Below the pieces are notes generated by a model that was given only the letters and a program-made list of their open reading frames with translations, searched no databases and was not told where the DNA came from. The translations under genes and the position numbers were made by a program. Shown in pieces: positions 9,368 through 17,280 of a stretch of DNA of 64,000 bases. Source of the DNA: Acidimicrobiia bacterium. GTDB lineage: Bacteria; Actinomycetota; Acidimicrobiia; Acidimicrobiales; JANYDT01. The stretch spans positions 74,593 through 138,592 of the forward strand of contig JANOYY010000037.1 of NCBI GenBank assembly GCA_031429095.1, read 5' to 3'. Position 1 is the stretch's first letter; the number at the start of each line of letters is the position of its first letter.

Positions 9368-9389
9368 GACCATTCTAGGCTGAATGGTC
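9368..9389. promoter_or_regulatory. Perfect inverted repeat GACCATTC-N6-GAATGGTC abutting the NfuA-type gene start
   Basis: The 8-bp arms begin 4 nt upstream of ATG 9364 (minus strand), within the 51-nt divergent region shared with xseA. Confidence 0.3.
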
Positions 9390-9415
9390 CCAAACTGTCG
9401 CAGGGGTGGTGCACC

Positions 9416-10753
9416 ATGGTTATCGTGTCCAGGCATCTACCATCGTCGCTGCCCCTCGACTTTTCGGGGGTCGATACGACGGCGCTGGCAACGGGAGGTC
9501 GATTCCGCGAGACAACGCTAACTCGATTGTGTAGCGATCTTGCGCGCGCATTCGCCACGATTGGCCAGGTTATCGTGCACGGTGAAGTTGCAAACGCCAA
9601 GAGTTACGACGGTCGGATGGCCTTTCTCACGCTTCGGGATCGAGGTTTCGAGATCCCGGTCTACGTCCCTTCCAACCGGGCCAAATTGTGTTCCTGCAAG
9701 AACGGTGAACGCGTCGCCATCGCCGGCAAGATCGAGTTGCAGCCGAAAAAGGCTCAGCTCCAGTTGGTGGCCTATGAAGTCGCGCTCCTGGGCGACGGAG
9801 CGATCGCCGCGAAGGTGGAGCAGACACGCCAGCTCCTTCTCGCCGAAGGCCTGCTTCGCCGACCGCGTCGGGCCGTCCCCGTTCTCCCGCGAGTCATCGG
9901 TGTCGTCTGCGGAAACGATGCGGCCGTTCGAAAAGACATCGAGTCGGTCGTTGCTGCGAGATTTCCTGGGTACCCAGTCGATTTCTGTGAAGTAACCGTG
10001 CAAGGTCCGGGGGCGGTCGAGTCGATTCTCTGGGCACTTACGTCGCTCCAGGCACGCGACGTCGACGTGATCGTGCTCGCCCGTGGCGGTGGTGATGCGT
10101 CGCAACTCCTTCCCTTCAGTGATGAAGGGGTCTGCCGAGCAATCTGTGATTCGAAGGTGCCCGTCGTCTCGGCCATCGGACATGACGGTGATCGGCCCCT
10201 GTCCGACGACGTTGCTGACCTGCGCGCGGGGACACCCTCGATCGCGGCAGCGATGGTGGTCCCGAACCGTGTCGAGCTCTTTGGCCAGCTCGACAATTCG
10301 GTTCGCGAGGCGAGCCGGTTGGCCGTTCGACATCGCGAGCGCAGCTCGAATCGTCTGGTGAATATCCAGTGGGCGAATGCCTTGAACCATCGACTTACCC
10401 GTGAAAGCGACCGCCTGCTGCGCTTCGACGCTCGCCTTGTGTTCGATCGTCACCTTGTTCGAGCCCGCAGTGAACTATCGGCGATTCAATGGCAACGCCC
10501 GCTCGGCGATCGGTTGCAACGTGCACATATCGAATTGGGAAGTGCTCACCAGCAGATAGAGGCGTTGAGTCCAATGCGTGTTCTGGAACGAGGGTATGCC
10601 GTTGTCCGACGCGCCGACGGAACTGTCGTGCGCGATGCGACTGCGGTGGCCGAGCACGAACAGCTTGCGATCACCGTCGCCAAAGGTTTGATCGACGCCG
10701 ACGTTGTCGGTGTTCGTGTGTCAGAGGGTCTTCAAGGAGAACAGAGTGTTTGA
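9416..10753 (+). CDS. xseA: Exodeoxyribonuclease VII large subunit
   Basis: An OB-fold N-terminus ('VHGEVANAKSYDGRMAFLTLRD') is followed by 'IGVVCGNDAAVRKDI', 'LARGGGDASQLLPF' and 'SAIGHDGDRPLSDDVADLRAGTPS'. The start is uncertain. Confidence 0.85.
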   Translation: MVIVSRHLPSSLPLDFSGVDTTALATGGRFRETTLTRLCSDLARAFATIGQVIVHGEVANAKSYDGRMAFLTLRDRGFEIPVYVPSNRAKLCSCKNGERVAIAGKIELQPKKAQLQLVAYEVALLGDGAIAAKVEQTRQLLLAEGLLRRPRRAVPVLPRVIGVVCGNDAAVRKDIESVVAARFPGYPVDFCEVTVQGPGAVESILWALTSLQARDVDVIVLARGGGDASQLLPFSDEGVCRAICDSKVPVVSAIGHDGDRPLSDDVADLRAGTPSIAAAMVVPNRVELFGQLDNSVREASRLAVRHRERSSNRLVNIQWANALNHRLTRESDRLLRFDARLVFDRHLVRARSELSAIQWQRPLGDRLQRAHIELGSAHQQIEALSPMRVLERGYAVVRRADGTVVRDATAVAEHEQLAITVAKGLIDADVVGVRVSEGLQGEQSV

Positions 10754-11000
10754 ATCGTCATCATCGACATCGCCGAGTCGTTTGTCCGGAGCGCTGCAGC
10801 GTCCGGTGGATTCGATGACCTACGAGGAATTGGTCAGCGAGTTGGCGGCCGTCACCCAATCGATGGACGACGGCGCGATCGGTATCGAAGAAGTGGCGCT
10901 GCTGTACACCCGTGCCACCGAACTTCACGCGACTGCCACGAAACGTCTGGCCGACGTCACCGCACGAATCGAGCAGCTACGAGGTGGGTCCCCGGCATGA
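10746..11000 (+). CDS. xseB: Exodeoxyribonuclease VII small subunit
   Basis: This short helical protein ('TYEELVSELAAVTQSMDDG...ARIEQL') lies directly after xseA. GTG 10746 overlaps the xseA stop; ATG 10815 is the alternative start. Confidence 0.7.
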   Translation: MFESSSSTSPSRLSGALQRPVDSMTYEELVSELAAVTQSMDDGAIGIEEVALLYTRATELHATATKRLADVTARIEQLRGGSPA

Positions 11001-12574
11001 GCACCGCCCGAGTGTCTTTCCCGCGCGTGGCAGGGATCGGTGGCCTGATCGTGTTCGTGGGGCTTGTCTCCGTGAGCGCGCCAACACTTGCTGTTGTTCC
11101 GGTTAGTCAACCGCCGATCACCGCTGTAGATGGCACCATGCCACCGTCATCGCTCCCCCCGGGCCCCGCAACCTCGACGACGGTACCTACCCTGCCCGCG
11201 TCGACTTCCACGACGCCGGCCTCGACTGGCGTCTCGAACACGATTCCGGTTTCGGGTGTAATCGGTGTGAACGATCCAGTCACCACGGTGCCGGGTCAAC
11301 CCACACTGCCTCCCATTCAGGCCGGATCGGGTCCGGTGTCACCACCGACGACCGCCGCGCTGACGTCGACAACGCTGGGTGTTCCGACATCGCGTGACCC
11401 GAGCTCTACCGTGTCGCCGTCGAAGACTGCGGCGGGCTCTCGGACCCCCGAGGAACTTCGCTCCGCGGTGATGGCTGCGCTGCAGCTCTCCACGGCGAAA
11501 TCGAAGTCCGCGCTCGTTGTTCTTGAAGGTACCGGCACGATTGTCGAGGTCGACGCCGACATCGCCCGAACACCCGCATCGACACAAAAGGTCTACGTTG
11601 CCGGTGCGATGTTGGCGAGGTTGGGCGGTGAGCATCGCTACTCGACCGAAGTGCGAAGCACCACGATTCTCGACAGTGGTGCCGTCGACGAGTTGGTGCT
11701 TCGGGCGAGCGGCGACCCCAGTTTTTCGTCGGGTCAATTGGCTGCGTTGGCTGATGGCGTCGTGAAAGCTGGCGTGCGAACAACGAAAGGTCTCGTTCTC
11801 GACGACACGCGCTTCGACAACTTGACCCGGCTCGAGATTTGGAAGCGCAGCTTCACCCCGGGCGAAGTTGGTGTGTTGAGTTCGTTCACCATCGATGGGA
11901 ATCATCGAGGCGATGCTGAGACCTCCTCTGATCCGGGTATGGCCAACCTCAAACGCTTCCGCGCTGCCTTGACCGCCCGGGGCATGACGGTCGGTCCCGG
12001 TTCTCGTCGGGGCCAATTGCGTGACGGTGGTCCGGTGATCGCAGCTGTTCAATCAGCGCCGTTGCGCGATCTCGTTCGCACCATGCTGAAGAAATCCGAC
12101 AACACGTACGCCGAAATGTTCACCAAAGAACTTGGTGCCCGTTCCGGCAATGGATCGACGTCGGGAGGAGTCGCCGCGATCAGTGCGTACATGGTCCAAT
12201 TGGGGGTTGGCGCGCCCGTTTCTCAGGTCGACGGCTCCGGGCTTTCGTCATCGAATCGTTCGACCCCGCGACAACAGGTCGATTTCCTTCGACGTACGTC
12301 ATCGATGGCATACGCCGCCGACTTCATCGACGGGCTTCCGGTGGCCTGTGTCGATGGCACGATGCGCAATCGCCTTTGTCAGACTTCGGGCGCCCGACGC
12401 GTCCAGGCCAAAACGGGGGGCCTCGACTTCGTTGTCGGTCTCGCGGGATACGGTGAAACATCGAGTGGCAAGCGAGTTACATTTTCGTTTCTCTTGAACG
12501 ATGTTCGTTCGTCGAGCAGCGCGCGGGCGTCGATCGACAAAGCGCTTGCTGCGATTTCTGCGTCGACCGTCTAG
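10997..12574 (+). CDS. dacB: D-alanyl-D-alanine carboxypeptidase/endopeptidase (PBP4, peptidase S13) with Pro/Thr-rich N-terminal linker
   Basis: It has a signal peptide and the SxxK ('STQK'), SxN ('SDN') and KTG motifs in the expected order. There is an ATGA overlap with xseB. Confidence 0.85.
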   Translation: MSTARVSFPRVAGIGGLIVFVGLVSVSAPTLAVVPVSQPPITAVDGTMPPSSLPPGPATSTTVPTLPASTSTTPASTGVSNTIPVSGVIGVNDPVTTVPGQPTLPPIQAGSGPVSPPTTAALTSTTLGVPTSRDPSSTVSPSKTAAGSRTPEELRSAVMAALQLSTAKSKSALVVLEGTGTIVEVDADIARTPASTQKVYVAGAMLARLGGEHRYSTEVRSTTILDSGAVDELVLRASGDPSFSSGQLAALADGVVKAGVRTTKGLVLDDTRFDNLTRLEIWKRSFTPGEVGVLSSFTIDGNHRGDAETSSDPGMANLKRFRAALTARGMTVGPGSRRGQLRDGGPVIAAVQSAPLRDLVRTMLKKSDNTYAEMFTKELGARSGNGSTSGGVAAISAYMVQLGVGAPVSQVDGSGLSSSNRSTPRQQVDFLRRTSSMAYAADFIDGLPVACVDGTMRNRLCQTSGARRVQAKTGGLDFVVGLAGYGETSSGKRVTFSFLLNDVRSSSSARASIDKALAAISASTV

Positions 12575-12575
12575 G

Positions 12576-12624
12576 GCGCACGCGCGTCTATGAGCGAAGG
12601 CGCACGCGCGCGTCTATGAGCGAA
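12576..12624. repeat. Tandem direct repeat GCGCACGCGCG(CG)TCTATGAGCGAA x2 spanning the stop codon of the CMD-family gene
   Basis: Copy 1 is 12576-12598 and copy 2 is 12600-12624 (2-nt CG insertion). Copy 2 contains the real stop of the minus-strand gene. Confidence 0.9.
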
Positions 12625-13189
12625 ACTGCGAGTGGTATTCGCGGTTTGGCATCTGCCCGGTCGCCATGGCCATACGGTTGGTGAAGTTATACATTGCCGC
12701 GATCTCGGCAACGTCCCACACTTCTTCTTGGGTCAACCCGAGCGACTCGAGGAGCGCGATGTCCTCGCGGGAAGTCTCGTGTGGAGACTTGGTGATCTTC
12801 TCAACGTAGGCGCAAATAGCTTCCCGTTTGGCATCGAGGCCGGCGCGTCGCCAGTCGAGAGTGATGCGATCGGCGAGGACCGGGTCGCCGAGTGCCTCGC
12901 GTAACGCGGCACCGTGGGCAACGAGACAGTAGAGACAACCATTGGTCATCGAGACAACAACGGCGATCATCTCCCGATCGCCCGACGACAGGTTCTCACT
13001 AGGGACGTGAAGCTGTTTGAAATGCGAGAACCATGCACGCATGTGATCCGGCTTGAACGCCATTGCCCGAAACACGTTTGGGACAAACCCGAGATTGGCT
13101 TCGGCCTTCGAGAACAGCTTCGCGAGATCATCCGGGAGTTCGTTGTTGTCGGGGATCGGATACCAACTCACGTCTGGGTCTTCACGCAT
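12614..13189 (-). CDS. Carboxymuconolactone-decarboxylase/AhpD-like peroxidase-related protein
   Basis: '[17 protein letters not shown]' is the CxxC(x2)H core of the CMD/AhpD family. Length and flanks fit the 'peroxidase-related enzyme' subgroup. Confidence 0.8.
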   Translation of the reverse strand: MREDPDVSWYPIPDNNELPDDLAKLFSKAEANLGFVPNVFRAMAFKPDHMRAWFSHFKQLHVPSENLSSGDREMIAVVVSMTNGCLYCLVAHGAALREALGDPVLADRITLDWRRAGLDAKREAICAYVEKITKSPHETSREDIALLESLGLTQEEVWDVAEIAAMYNFTNRMAMATGQMPNREYHSQFRS

Positions 13190-13636
13190 GGGGGTACCTT
13201 ATCGACGTCTTGGATACACGTGCGAGTCGTTGCGTTCGCTTGTTCGGTAATGCATCGTGGGATGAGGCACTCGAATGACGTTGCACCGGAGATGTCGTTG
13301 CCAACGTCGATCGTTTGCGTTCACGACTTTGCATGTGCATCTCGATGATGCATAGTCGTTTTTCGCGTGACCCACGGAGCATCGCGTCGCTGCTCATCGA
13401 AAGGAATCCGAATCATACGTGTACACATTATTTCTCCGTTGTGACAGGTTTCGCGTCGTTTCGGGGGCTTCATCTGAAAAATGATTTTCGAACCCCACTT
13501 GCCGTGGATCCCTTGTAAACCAACGGTTTTTTAGGACGGTACGGCTTCTTCCCCTTGAAAACAAAGGAGGATGCTTGACTTAGTTACACGGTTGTTCTTT
13601 TCTTATTGCATCCGAAAGAAGCACCAGGAGGTTGCA

Positions 13637-13948
13637 GTGAACAAGTCAGAATTGATCGAGGCCATCGCAGGAGCCACAGAGCTCACGAAGGCAGACAGCG
13701 AACGAGCTCTCAATGCTTTCCTTGAGACGGTTACCGAAGTAGTCCGCTCCGGCGAAAAAGTAATGATCCCGGGTTTCGGCAGCTTCAGCATCACCGAACG
13801 TAAGGCTCGCACTGGTCGTAACCCACAGACCGGCGCGCCAGTAAAGATCGCCGCATCAAAGGCTCCGAAGTTCTCGGCCGGCTCGGGGTTCAAAGCTGCG
13901 GTGAATAGTAAGGGCAAGGCAAAGCCGGCCGCCAAGAAGGGAAAGTAA
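13637..13948 (+). CDS. hup: Nucleoid-associated DNA-binding protein HU (fold domain with short Lys-rich end)
   Basis: 'NKSELIEAIA...GFGSFSITERKARTGRNPQTGAPVKIAASKAPKFSAG' is canonical HU. GTG 13637 is preceded by AGGAGG. The gene ends in a double stop (TAATAA). Confidence 0.9.
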   Translation: MNKSELIEAIAGATELTKADSERALNAFLETVTEVVRSGEKVMIPGFGSFSITERKARTGRNPQTGAPVKIAASKAPKFSAGSGFKAAVNSKGKAKPAAKKGK

Positions 13949-13953
13949 TAATC

Positions 13954-14205
13954 ATGGCTGTTGCCAAGAAGGCTGCACCGGCGAAGAAAGCCGCTGCGAA
14001 GAAGGCTGCACCTGCCAAGAAGGCTGTTGCGAAGAAGGCTGTTGCCAAGAAGGCTCCAGCAAAGAAAGCAGCTCCCGCCAAGAAAGCAGCTCCTGCGAAG
14101 AAGGCTGTTGCGAAGAAGGCTGTTGCCAAGACGGCTCCAGCAAAGAAAGCAGCTCCCGCCAAGAAAGCAGCTCCTGCCAAGAAGGCTGCAGCAAAAAAGA
14201 AGTAA
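13954..14205 (+). CDS. Stand-alone Lys/Ala-rich (AKKA/PAKKA repeat) histone-H1-like protein
   Basis: This 83-aa ORF consists almost only of (A/P/V)AKKA repeats and starts 5 nt after the HU stop, in another frame. It resembles the C-terminal tail that is fused to HU in many actinobacteria. Confidence 0.6.
   Translation: MAVAKKAAPAKKAAAKKAAPAKKAVAKKAVAKKAPAKKAAPAKKAAPAKKAVAKKAVAKTAPAKKAAPAKKAAPAKKAAAKKK
14020..14181 (+). repeat. 81-bp tandem duplication (2 copies, 79/81 identical) inside the Lys/Ala-repeat gene
   Basis: Copy 1 spans 14020-14100 and copy 2 spans 14101-14181. They differ at two positions (AAG->ACG, GCG->GCC). Confidence 0.9.
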
Positions 14206-14218
14206 GCAGTACTGCTCG

Positions 14219-15001
14219 TTACAAACGAGTGACCAATTTGAAAGCCTCGCCGGACTCAACGCCGGCGAGGCTTCCTGCTTCTCGGGCTCGTTCTTCGACG
14301 GCGCGATGGAACGCGTCGACTTCGTCGGGTGCAGACGTGAGCGCGCCGATTCGCATTGTCGTGGCGTATTGGCTTTCATGAGCGAGGAGCGCTCGAACCT
14401 TCGCATTGAGGAAACCGCCGACGTTCTCGACGTGGTCTGGCTCGTCGGCCTCCCAGAGCAACAGATTCGTCGGTCGATGGGGAGCGATGTTCTGCTCGGG
14501 AAAGAATTTTGGATCGCGCGCAGCAACGATCGCGTCGGTGGTGAGGAAGCCGGCGTTGCGATGATCGGGGTGGATGCGGTATCGACGCCACGGATCATGA
14601 CCAAGAACTACGTCGGGTTGGAAACGTCGGATCCAGTAGCAAACTTCCCAACGCTGTCGAAGCGATGATTCGAGCTCGCCGTCGATCCAACCGAGAAACA
14701 CCACATCGTTCAAGGTCTTCGCTCCGCCAAGTTCGCGTGCTGCTGCTCGTTGTTCGCGTTGTCGGGTAACAACGAGCTCCGCTGGATCGACATCCGCGTC
14801 CCACGTCCCCTTGGAGCCGTCGGTCAACACAAGGTGAAAGACCTCACAGCCGTCGGCCGCCCACTTCGCAAGCGTGCCACCACAACCGAACTCGATGTCG
14901 TCGGGGTGCGCTCCGATAGCGAGTGCGCGGCGAGGTGTGTCGATGTCGACGCTGATCGCCGGAACGGTTGGTTGGAGCCCGAAGGAATCAGGAACGCTCA
15001 T
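14219..15001 (-). CDS. PIG-L/LmbE-family N-acetylglucosaminyl deacetylase
   Basis: 'ALAIGAHPDDIEFGCGGTLAKW...HLVLTDGSKG' and a later 'HPDHR' match the PIG-L family. The start is trimmed to ATG 15001, just after the cofC stop. Confidence 0.8.
   Translation of the reverse strand: MSVPDSFGLQPTVPAISVDIDTPRRALAIGAHPDDIEFGCGGTLAKWAADGCEVFHLVLTDGSKGTWDADVDPAELVVTRQREQRAAARELGGAKTLNDVVFLGWIDGELESSLRQRWEVCYWIRRFQPDVVLGHDPWRRYRIHPDHRNAGFLTTDAIVAARDPKFFPEQNIAPHRPTNLLLWEADEPDHVENVGGFLNAKVRALLAHESQYATTMRIGALTSAPDEVDAFHRAVEERAREAGSLAGVESGEAFKLVTRL
14242..14273 (+). terminator. Perfect 12-bp stem hairpin (AAGCCTCGCCGG-N8-CCGGCGAGGCTT) downstream of the HU / Lys-Ala operon
   Basis: The stem is read directly from the sequence. 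It lies 37 nt after the 14205 stop, inside the last codons of the convergent LmbE-type gene. No T-tract follows. Confidence 0.4.
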
Positions 15002-15011
15002 GGCGCCCACG

Positions 15012-15626
15012 CTATCGGGATGCAGGGACCGTGCCGTGGCGTCGGAGGAGGCGCAGATCCGACGGGGCGTCGAGATCGTTCGCGCAATGTCGATCGGCGA
15101 CCACCCGAACCGCCAGTCCGGTTTCGAGGGCCTGGCGATAATGGCGACCAAACGAGTGAGGACCGTAGCTGAACACGAACTCGACGTCGGTCGCCATCGC
15201 GAGGACGTTGGTGCCTTCGTTTCGCCGATCCGGTGCGATGGTCACGCCTTCGAAGGCCGCAATCCACGACAGGCTTGACGCACAGGCGAGGTCACTGTGC
15301 GCCACGATCATCTGGGGTGTGCCTGCTGCGCGCAGCTCGGTGTGCGCCGTAGCGACGGCTTGGCTGAGTCCGGGACGCGACTCTCGTAGAAACTGCACCG
15401 ATAGTGTGCGCGCCCACGACTCGACATCATCGTCGTCACTTACGATGACAACGTTCAGATCGCGGTTCGCTTGCACGAGGCTCGTCGCAAGTTCTCGTCC
15501 AAGTTGGGCACGCCGCAACGGCGACAAGAGCGGACTCAACCTTTGTTTGGCAAGTGCGAATGACTTCACGGGGATGACGAGCGCGCAGCTGCGGACGTTT
15601 GCGCTCGAAGACGTTGCCGCAATCAC
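15012..15626 (-). CDS. cofC: 2-phospho-L-lactate (or phosphoenolpyruvate) guanylyltransferase, F420 biosynthesis
   Basis: 'ALVIPVKSFALAKQRLSPLL', 'IVAHSDL' and 'APDRRNEGTNVL' are CofC/FbiD hallmarks. Confidence 0.75.
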   Translation of the reverse strand: MIAATSSSANVRSCALVIPVKSFALAKQRLSPLLSPLRRAQLGRELATSLVQANRDLNVVIVSDDDDVESWARTLSVQFLRESRPGLSQAVATAHTELRAAGTPQMIVAHSDLACASSLSWIAAFEGVTIAPDRRNEGTNVLAMATDVEFVFSYGPHSFGRHYRQALETGLAVRVVADRHCANDLDAPSDLRLLRRHGTVPASR

Positions 15627-15651
15627 GACGTGCAGCGTAGGCGGCCATGGG

Positions 15652-16545
15652 CTACGCAGTTACCACCTTCGCCACGGCAAGCGCAGGGTTTTTACTCGAC
15701 ACGACTCCGGGACTTGCCTCCTCAGTCAGAACGAACGCCGACCATGTTCCATCAGCGATGAATGCTTGCGTCTCCGGCTTTTGGCCGAGCACGCCGAGTG
15801 ACAAGACGGTATCGCCGTGAACTCCCCACAGTTGGTAGGTCCGCCCACTCGGCAGCGGTCGCAGAGCCGTAGAAATGACGAATCCTTCGCCGGTTTGTGG
15901 ATCAAAGACAACTCGGCCGACAGCCACTGTTCCTGACTGCAACTCGACTACCCGGCCAGAAGACGTGCTCAGCAACTGTGCAACCCGGGCCTGCGCAGTG
16001 CTGGAGCTGATGAGTTCGCTTTCGAGTGTGGCGATGCGACTCTGATCGCGACGAGCCCTCTCCCGTTCACGGGTGGCCTCGGTCTTTGCTTGCGTGGCAC
16101 TGGCTTGTAAATCGTTAATGCGCCGAGATTGATTGAACGTGAACGTCGACAGGGCGACGAGCGTAGCGATGCATGCCGCAGCGATGAGCCCCAGACCGAT
16201 TGGCTTGCGAGCGTACGGAAGGACGACAGCCGACGTCGACGTCGACGTCGACTTCGACGCCTGCGGCAATAGCAGCGAACGTGGTGAAGTATCCGGCGGC
16301 GACTTTTTGGTCATCAAGGCTGAGCTTGCATTGATCGTCGAATTGATCTGTTCCCATATTGATGCGGGGGCAGGCCCGGCACTGTTGCCGAGCATCATTG
16401 CGACGTGCAGGTGCGTATCAACTTCGGCTCGTGCCCGCGGCGACGAAGCGAGGTAACGATCGACGCGAGCGCGTTCGAGATCGTCGACAGCGTCGAGAGC
16501 GTACGCACCGAGGAGAGAATCGAGCTCTGGGTCTGGAGTCATCAT
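15652..16545 (-). CDS. Anti-sigma factor, RskA (anti-sigma-K) type, single-pass membrane
   Basis: The N-terminus 'LLGAYALDAVDDLERARVDRYL' is followed by a central TM helix and an RskA-like C-terminal domain ('YQLWGV...'). There is an ATGA overlap with the ECF sigma gene. Confidence 0.75.
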   Translation of the reverse strand: MMTPDPELDSLLGAYALDAVDDLERARVDRYLASSPRARAEVDTHLHVAMMLGNSAGPAPASIWEQINSTINASSALMTKKSPPDTSPRSLLLPQASKSTSTSTSAVVLPYARKPIGLGLIAAACIATLVALSTFTFNQSRRINDLQASATQAKTEATRERERARRDQSRIATLESELISSSTAQARVAQLLSTSSGRVVELQSGTVAVGRVVFDPQTGEGFVISTALRPLPSGRTYQLWGVHGDTVLSLGVLGQKPETQAFIADGTWSAFVLTEEASPGVVSSKNPALAVAKVVTA

Positions 16546-17189
16546 CGTTCTCCCTCCTGTTTTTCGTGGCGCTCCACATGACGTTCTGTTAAGCCCTCAC
16601 GCGAGATGGACTTGTGGTCGAGGTCGTGGAGACGGCGACTCATCGATTTCAATCCGTTACGAATCCGGCTCTTGGTCGTGCCTTCGGCTTCGCCGAGCAT
16701 GGTTGCGACGGTCCGGTACGAATGGCCCCCGAAGTAGGCCAGGGTGATGGCTTTGCGTTCGCTGGGTCCCAACTCCTGCAATGCGTCCTGGACTCGTTCG
16801 GCAACTGCGAGGTCCCAGATCTCGCGATCAAGGTCGTAGCGCTCGCTCATCTCAACAGCCGTTACACGATCGTTGAGGACCCTATCGAGCCGTTTACGTC
16901 TTGCTTCCTCCGCCCGGACAAGGTCAACCGCACGGCTGTGTGCCTTCAGGAGGAGCCAAGAGCGTAGGGAGGCCCGGTCGGCATCGAAGCGGGTTGGATC
17001 GTTCCACAGATCAACGAAGACTTCCTGGGTGATGTCGTCGGCAAGTTGGCGGTCCTGAATAACTCGAAGCGCAAGGTTGTGTACCGGGCCGCCGTGGCGA
17101 CGATAGATCTCAGCGAGTGCGTCTTGCTCGAAACGACCCACGGCGACCAACAGCGATGTATCGCTTGTTTCGTTCCAGGGACTCATCAC
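16542..17189 (-). CDS. ECF (group 4) RNA polymerase sigma factor, SigK-like by context
   Basis: Sigma-70 region 2 ('[12 protein letters not shown]') and region 4 ('[30 protein letters not shown]') are present. It is cotranscribed with the RskA-type anti-sigma gene. Confidence 0.85.
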   Translation of the reverse strand: MMSPWNETSDTSLLVAVGRFEQDALAEIYRRHGGPVHNLALRVIQDRQLADDITQEVFVDLWNDPTRFDADRASLRSWLLLKAHSRAVDLVRAEEARRKRLDRVLNDRVTAVEMSERYDLDREIWDLAVAERVQDALQELGPSERKAITLAYFGGHSYRTVATMLGEAEGTTKSRIRNGLKSMSRRLHDLDHKSISREGLTERHVERHEKQEGER

Positions 17190-17240
17190 GCGAGTAATCC
17201 GAAGCCGGAGGGGCCGCTGGATGAAGCTTTACGCAACATT

Positions 17241-17267
17241 GTCAGGTATGTCAGGTATGTCATGGAT
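17241..17267. repeat. 9-bp tandem repeat GTCAGGTAT x2 plus degenerate third unit GTCATGGAT in the sigma/fasciclin divergent intergenic region
   Basis: It is read directly from the sequence. It lies 52-78 nt upstream of the ECF sigma start (17189) and about 120-145 nt upstream of the fasciclin start (17386). Confidence 0.85.
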
Positions 17268-17280
17268 ATCATCGGCGGAC

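Noticed and set aside
12576-12624. Short tandem repeats at 12576, 32007 and 55180 as possible CRISPR arrays.
   Set aside because: There are only two copies each, of 15-25 bp. There are no unique spacers of CRISPR length and no cas genes. They are not CRISPR.
13603-14668. Long ORFs on both strands across the Lys/Ala repeat (13603..14604 minus, 13961..14668 plus, 13890..14180 minus, 13952..14194 minus).
   Set aside because: They are by-products of the GC-rich AAG/GCN repeat being open in several frames. The AKKA frame is the only one with a biological precedent, and the minus-strand LmbE-type gene explains 14219-15001.
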